Assembly (NCBI GenBank): GCA_964461435.1
Contig: CAYWUI010000004.1
Coordinates: forward strand, 3,067-67,066
Length of the DNA stretch: 64,000 nt
Reading direction: 5' to 3'
DNA from: an uncultured Bacteroidales bacterium
GTDB lineage: Bacteria > Bacteroidota > Bacteroidia > Bacteroidales > UBA10428
Under the pieces are notes generated by a model. It was not told the DNA's origin and did not search any database. It saw only the letters and a list, made by a program, of their open reading frames with translations. The translations under genes were made by a program, and so were the position numbers. Of this stretch, positions 58,624 through 64,000 are shown one piece after another. Within the stretch, counting starts at the first letter, position 1, and each line of letters starts with the position of its first letter.

Positions 58624-59073
58624 ATGGACAGAATAAGAATTGCCATAGCAAGTGATCATGCCGGATATGAATTAAAGAAAGGGTTGCTGGAATATCTTGG
58701 GAAGAAAGGGTATATAGTTAAGGATTTTGGTTCATATTCTGCTGAAAGTGCAGATTATCCTGATTTCGCCCATGTTCTTGCGGAGGCGGTTTCAAGGAAG
58801 GATTTTGATTATGGAATATCGCTCTGCGGTTCGGGAAATGGCATAAACATGACTGTTAATAAGCACCAGGGAATAAGATCTGCTTTATGCTGGAATGTTG
58901 AAATTGCAGAATTAGCAAGAAGGCATAATGATGCCAATGTCTGTGCTTTGCCAGCCAGGTTTATTACTATAGGTGAGGCAAAAGATATTGCAGACAGGTT
59001 TCTGAGCTCACCCTTTGACGGAGGGAGGCATAAGAGGAGAGTGGATAAGATTCCCCTTAAAAAGAATAAATAA
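58624..59073 (+). CDS. rpiB: Ribose-5-phosphate isomerase B
   Basis: 149 aa with IAIASDHAGYELK, LCGSGNGINMTVNK and ARRHNDANV. Confidence 0.93.
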   Translation: MDRIRIAIASDHAGYELKKGLLEYLGKKGYIVKDFGSYSAESADYPDFAHVLAEAVSRKDFDYGISLCGSGNGINMTVNKHQGIRSALCWNVEIAELARRHNDANVCALPARFITIGEAKDIADRFLSSPFDGGRHKRRVDKIPLKKNK

Positions 59074-59075
59074 TA

Positions 59076-59483
59076 TCATGGTTTAAGTACATATTTTCTT
59101 ACTGTAAGGATAAGTATTATTCCTGTAATTGTACCTCCTGCGTCTGCCAGTACATCATTAATGCTGCCAGTTCTGTTTGCCAGGATAAAATACTGGACCA
59201 GTTCAATAACAGTACCCCATGATAGTGTTATAACTGACAATAATATCCAGGTAAGGTACCTGTTTTTCAGTGCATGTTTGTATCTGGTAAAGTCGATATA
59301 AAGGATAATCGAAAAGACAAGATACATAACAAAATGAAAATACTTATCCATATGTTTTATATTGGACAGGAATGTCCGGTGAACCTTATTTAAAGGTAAT
59401 ACGCAGGCAACTAAAATTATAAGGGCCCATATTAATGATAATATAAAATTACCTGTAATCGCGGGGGTTGTTGATCTCCTCAT
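59076..59483 (-). CDS. VanZ-family membrane protein
   Basis: 135 aa with four TM helices and the VanZ pattern DKYFHFVMY...ELVQYF...RTGSINDVLADAGG. Confidence 0.75.
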   Translation of the reverse strand: MRRSTTPAITGNFILSLIWALIILVACVLPLNKVHRTFLSNIKHMDKYFHFVMYLVFSIILYIDFTRYKHALKNRYLTWILLSVITLSWGTVIELVQYFILANRTGSINDVLADAGGTITGIILILTVRKYVLKP

Positions 59484-59584
59484 ACTTCAGAATAAAAAAC
59501 TGATAAATATAGGCAATAAGGATTAATTTTTTTATCATTTAAATTTTTCTTATATTAAATACCCATAAACAGGGGCATATTCAC

Positions 59585-62500
59585 ATGAAAATAAGAATGA
59601 CGGTATCGGAGATGCTTTCAATACTGAAAAGCGAAAAAATCAAAACATGGTTTGATCTGGGAATTTTTATTGACCGGTTCAGGGAAACAAAGCTGCTGCC
59701 GACGGTAAAATTTAACGGGACATACAAGGAATTCAAGAAAAGGATTACAGAAGGGGGGCTGGCATTTATCACCTTTTTATATTCTGTAGACGGGGTAACA
59801 ATAGAAGTTGAAAAATATGCCAAGATATTCAGAAAAATACTTAAGGGCATAAAAGTTCATTATATATGCGGCAGGTTTTATCCCGAGTCATATAAGCTTA
59901 TTGAAAAGAGCATCATTAAGTATGAGATGCCCGAGATGAGAGCTTTTGATAACTGGAAGCTTTATAAGGACTTTTATTTTACAAAGCTTGAAAGGGGGGG
60001 CAGGAAATATAATGAATTAATAATTAAGTTCTGGGAAGAAGTATTAATAATAACTGAGAAATTAGGGACTTATATTGAGGATAATAACATAAATCTTTTT
60101 TACCTGGTAAATATATGTTCAAATCCGGGTAATATATCTATGGCGCTGGCGACTGTATTTGTTTCCGAATACCTGGGCATACCTGTCATTAATAATAATC
60201 ATGACTTTTACTGGGAGGGAGGTAACAAGAAAATTGATATTCTTGAAAAGGGGTTAAAAGAGGGTCCCCGTGATTTTTTTTTCAATAATGCCGATATAGG
60301 AGAGGTCTTTTCAATAATAGAGGTACTATTTCCCTGGGAATCACGTACATGGATTAATGTAAATATTAACCAGATGCAATCGTGGCGCCTGGTAATTGAT
60401 AAGGGTCATAATCCTGCAAATGTAGCTGAAATAGGGACGGCCGTCGACACTGACAAGTATTTTAATGTAAGCAAAAGGGAAAAAATAAATACATTTTACC
60501 AGTTTGAAAAGATCCTGAGCCGTTACAGCAACGCCTTAATAAGTTATTCGGTATCTGATGTAATTAAAAATAATCTTGTTGACAGCAAAGACCCCCGGCC
60601 GATATTAATAGGTGCGAAGACCAGGCCTGTTGAAAAGTTCCTTGCTGAAAACATAATATTCCTGCAGCCAACGAGGATAATAGGAAGAAAAAGGATTGAA
60701 CTGGGTTTCAAGCTTATTAAGAGGCTTTTTACCAATGTTAACTTTGTTGAACAATTTAAGGTAACTCCTAATTTAAAATTAACGGTTATTGTTACAGGGC
60801 CCATTGCTGTGGGTCATTTTGAATATTACCAGAAACTTATAATACGGTTTTCAGAGCTTTTAAATGTAATTGACCCGGGACTAAGGAACAAGGTATACCT
60901 GGCATTTTTATTCAGTGAACTGGACAAGGAGTCGTTTAAAAGCAGGTTCAGCAATCCGGTTGGAGTGCCCGAGCTATACAATATAGCCTCACTGGTCCTT
61001 TTGCCGAGCAGGACCGAGGGGAGGGGACTCCCGATTATTGAGGCTACAGCCTGCGGAACGCCTATTTTTTGCAGGAGGTATTTCCCGAAAAATGTGTATT
61101 CTGAGGTTATAGGTGAGCATCTGCCCGAAATTGACAGGCTGAAGGTCATAGAATTCAGGGGCAAGAAAATAACATCAAAGCATGCCGACGAGGTTTTTGA
61201 CAGGGTAATGTTTCCTCACAAGTATACGGAAGAAATTCTGCATAACAAGAATGCAATATTAGGCAGGTTCAGCCTCGCAGCCCTCACAAATAACATAAAT
61301 AATATTTTACACAGGCTTTATAACCAGGTACTGCCAAATGACAAGTCTATAGAGATTGTAAAAGCCGAAATAAGCAGGTACAAAAAAGTTGTAAATTTCA
61401 GCAATGACGACCTGAGGGCAATATTAAATACGAAAAACAGGCATTTCCTGCCTGGATTCGGGAGGCTGGCATTCATGCTGAATTTGAAGTCATTAATCGA
61501 CCCCAGTGCATTCAGGGTCGAAGAGCAGCAAATAAGGGGATTTGTACATAGCTATGCCAATAAACTACTGAAGGACTATAGCTCGATAGCCATTACAACA
61601 GAAAAGAAGATCAGGTTTTTCAATGCCGTAGACAATATATTTCAATACAGTGAAGGAGAAGTAAAGATAAGGCATGACCATTCCTTTGCCTACAGGCACA
61701 GAAATAAAAATTATTATCCCTACCAGGATTTTACTGCCCAGGAGCTAACCGGACTGGTAAACTTGCTTTTTCTGAAGATAGTGAATCCCAGGGCAAGGAA
61801 AATTGTGGATGAGAGCCCCCATTTTTTTACTGACTGGAATCTTGCCCTTGCAGAACTGACTTCGAGCTCGGATATTGCAATTGATGACAGGGAAAGGTTA
61901 ATAAAGAAATTACAGACAAATATACCTATTGGTATTTTCCCGGGAGATTATGTAAAGTATGAACTTGAATTTTTCGCTTTACAGTCTGTAAGGTCAAGGC
62001 TCAGGCTGACTATAGAGGAGGAGCTGGATAATAAACTGATAATCAAGAATAAGAAGAGGCTTGCGCCTGTTTATGTCTTTGCACATACTAAACCTATAGG
62101 CAAATGGTATAATAAAGATGACATAATTAACTATATTGAATCGGGAAAAGAAAAGGAGTTATATTTATTGTATAAACACGGACTGATAAAGATTATCGAA
62201 TCCAGGCAGTTGTGCCTGGGCATACATTTCCCCCAGATGGGGGCAAAAGCGTTGAAGGTTTTAAGATATATCCGTGACAATAAGGGATTTCTTATCTCAA
62301 ACAGGCAATTTGCTTCAATAATGAGCGATTTTGTAGATATTGACTGTTTTCATATAGGTAATGCCGTACATCCGATTACTGCCAACATTATGGGAATTCC
62401 TGTAAATAGCGGGTATATCCAGTTTGTGCCGGCCGGAATAAGGACTACGCTGGCATATCCTTCACCCATACAGACAGCCAAAGATTTTAACCAGATAATG

Positions 62501-63766
62501 GGCAGCAGGCTGTTTAGCAGTGCGGTTAAAAAATACGGGGAAGAGGAACTGTTCCGGATTATTAAAAAAGATTCGGAGGAGAGAGGCTCTCCTGCGGATT
62601 TTGTGCTGAAAAACCTGCAGGGCATAAAAGAAAAAAGCAATGAAATTGAATATGAGTATCTAAGCGGTATTTATAGTGACGGATTACCCTGGAATGGTGT
62701 TTATGCAAAGGTAAATGTTAATAATTCAAATCATAAGTGGGTATTCAGGACTGCATCGAGCGGCAGCGGGACAAAAAAGGTGACGACTCTTGCAGATGAA
62801 TTCACAGGGAAGACAGGAAATGATGTAAAAATAGCGTGGAACGGAGGGTATATACTTAATCCCGAACTTGTAGGCAAGCTGGGATTACCCGAATCTTATA
62901 TAGGGTCACCGCTGGGGCTGCTGATATCGGACAAAAAAATTGTCAGTCCCCCTTTATATAATAAGGCAGCCTTCATGGTAAACAATGACGGTAAGATAGA
63001 GATAAGGAGGGTAAGCTCAAAAAAGGGAATAACCCTATCGAGAAGGAAAACGAAAGTCGTTATTAACGGAGAAAATTACAATTGTGAGCATCCGGGGCCG
63101 GAGCCATGTTATTATGATTTGCTGTACAAAAGCGATGAGATTGAAGCTAAAGGCAGGGTCATAGTCAGATTATCGGGAAATATCATTAAGGATATAATAA
63201 AAAACAGCAGTTCGGTAAAAATAATACCTGTCGGACTTACATTATCCTTTCCTGCGGATAGGTTTCCCGGAGATTTTGATGAACTTGAAGCAGAGCTTAA
63301 CTTAAAAGTAAGCGGGATCAATAATATTCTCCATGCCGTAGAGGCCGGACCTTTTCTGGTTGACAACGGAAAGGCCGCCATCAACATGGAGGATGGGGGG
63401 TGGACCACGAAGAATTCTATCGATACCCAGGCTGCCAGACTGGACTACACTGATATGCGCGGTCCCAAAATAGCTGCCGGCCTCGACAGGGATGGTAATT
63501 TGCTGGTGCTGACTGTTAACGGGCGGATAAGGGAGTCGGTGGGCGCTACGCATACAGACATGTCTGAAATTATGGTTAAGCTTGGTGCAGTTAAGGCTAT
63601 GGGATTTGACCCCGGGGGTAGCAGTACACTTGTAGCTGACGGAAAAGTATTAAATATTTCACCCTATAATAAAGAATACGAGGAAAATATCTATTCACTG
63701 CCCCCCGAACCACGGGCAGTTTCAAATGCAATTTTAGGTTATACTGACGATAATGTAACTACTTGA
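59585..63766 (+). CDS. 1,393-aa multidomain protein: GT4-like retaining glycosyltransferase + unassigned middle region + phosphodiester glycosidase (NAGPA/DUF2233-like) C-terminal domain
   Basis: It is a single uninterrupted ORF with an ATG start. The E-x7-E motif TEGRGLPIIEATACGTPIF has Glu codons at 61016 and 61040. The C-terminus has WNGGYILN, SPLGLLISD, VEAGPFLVDNG, LVLTVNGR and GFDPGGSSTLV. There is no signal peptide or TM helix. Confidence 0.85.
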   Translation: MKIRMTVSEMLSILKSEKIKTWFDLGIFIDRFRETKLLPTVKFNGTYKEFKKRITEGGLAFITFLYSVDGVTIEVEKYAKIFRKILKGIKVHYICGRFYPESYKLIEKSIIKYEMPEMRAFDNWKLYKDFYFTKLERGGRKYNELIIKFWEEVLIITEKLGTYIEDNNINLFYLVNICSNPGNISMALATVFVSEYLGIPVINNNHDFYWEGGNKKIDILEKGLKEGPRDFFFNNADIGEVFSIIEVLFPWESRTWINVNINQMQSWRLVIDKGHNPANVAEIGTAVDTDKYFNVSKREKINTFYQFEKILSRYSNALISYSVSDVIKNNLVDSKDPRPILIGAKTRPVEKFLAENIIFLQPTRIIGRKRIELGFKLIKRLFTNVNFVEQFKVTPNLKLTVIVTGPIAVGHFEYYQKLIIRFSELLNVIDPGLRNKVYLAFLFSELDKESFKSRFSNPVGVPELYNIASLVLLPSRTEGRGLPIIEATACGTPIFCRRYFPKNVYSEVIGEHLPEIDRLKVIEFRGKKITSKHADEVFDRVMFPHKYTEEILHNKNAILGRFSLAALTNNINNILHRLYNQVLPNDKSIEIVKAEISRYKKVVNFSNDDLRAILNTKNRHFLPGFGRLAFMLNLKSLIDPSAFRVEEQQIRGFVHSYANKLLKDYSSIAITTEKKIRFFNAVDNIFQYSEGEVKIRHDHSFAYRHRNKNYYPYQDFTAQELTGLVNLLFLKIVNPRARKIVDESPHFFTDWNLALAELTSSSDIAIDDRERLIKKLQTNIPIGIFPGDYVKYELEFFALQSVRSRLRLTIEEELDNKLIIKNKKRLAPVYVFAHTKPIGKWYNKDDIINYIESGKEKELYLLYKHGLIKIIESRQLCLGIHFPQMGAKALKVLRYIRDNKGFLISNRQFASIMSDFVDIDCFHIGNAVHPITANIMGIPVNSGYIQFVPAGIRTTLAYPSPIQTAKDFNQIMGSRLFSSAVKKYGEEELFRIIKKDSEERGSPADFVLKNLQGIKEKSNEIEYEYLSGIYSDGLPWNGVYAKVNVNNSNHKWVFRTASSGSGTKKVTTLADEFTGKTGNDVKIAWNGGYILNPELVGKLGLPESYIGSPLGLLISDKKIVSPPLYNKAAFMVNNDGKIEIRRVSSKKGITLSRRKTKVVINGENYNCEHPGPEPCYYDLLYKSDEIEAKGRVIVRLSGNIIKDIIKNSSSVKIIPVGLTLSFPADRFPGDFDELEAELNLKVSGINNILHAVEAGPFLVDNGKAAINMEDGGWTTKNSIDTQAARLDYTDMRGPKIAAGLDRDGNLLVLTVNGRIRESVGATHTDMSEIMVKLGAVKAMGFDPGGSSTLVADGKVLNISPYNKEYEENIYSLPPEPRAVSNAILGYTDDNVTT

Positions 63767-63767
63767 T

Positions 63768-64000
63768 ATGAAAAGATTTATTGCAGCGAACATAATATTG
63801 ATAATTACAATTAGTTGTTATTCGCAATTGATAAAAGATACGATTTACTTTGACAGGAACTGGCAGCAGTCGACAAGGGAAAATGCCGGTTATTACAGGG
63901 TTATCAGCAATGACAGCAGCGGAAAAATTCAATTCCTGGTCAGGGATTATTACATTTCCGGACATATTCAGATGGCCGGCAATTACAGGTCAATTTATCC
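63768..64000 (+). CDS. 5' part of an exported hypothetical protein running off the right edge
   Basis: The ATG at 63768 comes 1 nt after the preceding stop. It reads MKRFIAANIILIITISCYSQLIKDTIYFDRNWQQSTRENAGYYRVISNDSSGKIQFLVRDYYISGHIQMAGNYRSIY... and is open to the window end. The N-terminus is signal-like. The ORF track does not list it because it has no stop within the window. Confidence 0.5.
   Translation, partial: MKRFIAANIILIITISCYSQLIKDTIYFDRNWQQSTRENAGYYRVISNDSSGKIQFLVRDYYISGHIQMAGNYRSIY

Noticed and set aside
59994-60282. Homopolymer tracts inside the giant ORF (G7 at 59994..60000, T9 at 60274..60282), and A9 at 721..729 in the first gene, as potential phase-variation switches.
   Set aside because: The tracts are short and in frame, and A/T runs of this size are expected by chance in such AT-rich DNA. 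G7 is borderline, and there is no evidence of length variation from a single sequence.

Overview
This is an AT-rich chromosomal segment that looks like a Bacteroidota genome. The evidence is two proteins ending in T9SS type-A sorting domains, TAnnTTTG-type -7 promoter boxes, a DUF4271/HemD-like gene pair, a bacterial GH3-family gene and a MORN/YwqK repeat protein. I call about 50 protein genes, one tRNA-Asn(GTT) and one gene remnant. Most of the content is housekeeping. DNA repair and replication genes are polA, uvrC, ruvB and xth. RNA and translation genes are mnmG, ybeY, rsgA, pheS and dtd. Nucleotide and cofactor genes are carA, dut, a deoxynucleoside kinase, nadA, rpiB and a polyprenyl synthase. 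There is a compact Leloir galactose locus (galK, a Na+/sugar symporter, galT, galM). Envelope functions include an S41 protease, an M23/EnvC-like protein, a TPR lipoprotein, a flippase and a cyclophilin. I found no CRISPR array, rRNA, integrase, transposase, prophage, or recognisable defence or toxin module, and I cannot point to a clearly delimited multi-gene novel system. Four items seem most worth follow-up. (1) A 1,393-aa protein without a signal peptide fuses a GT4-type glycosyltransferase, an unassignable middle region and a phosphodiester-glycosidase-like C-terminus (59585..63766). (2) Two stand-alone SiaC-like DUF1987 paralogs and an orphan RsbW/SiaB-like kinase have no phosphatase, STAS protein or output partner in the window. 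(3) A same-strand block of poorly characterised envelope genes lies at 24484..33013. (4) A ten-unit FG-GAP T9SS cargo protein carries an unusually long basic extension ahead of its signal peptide. All family assignments come from motif recognition by eye, not from database searches.
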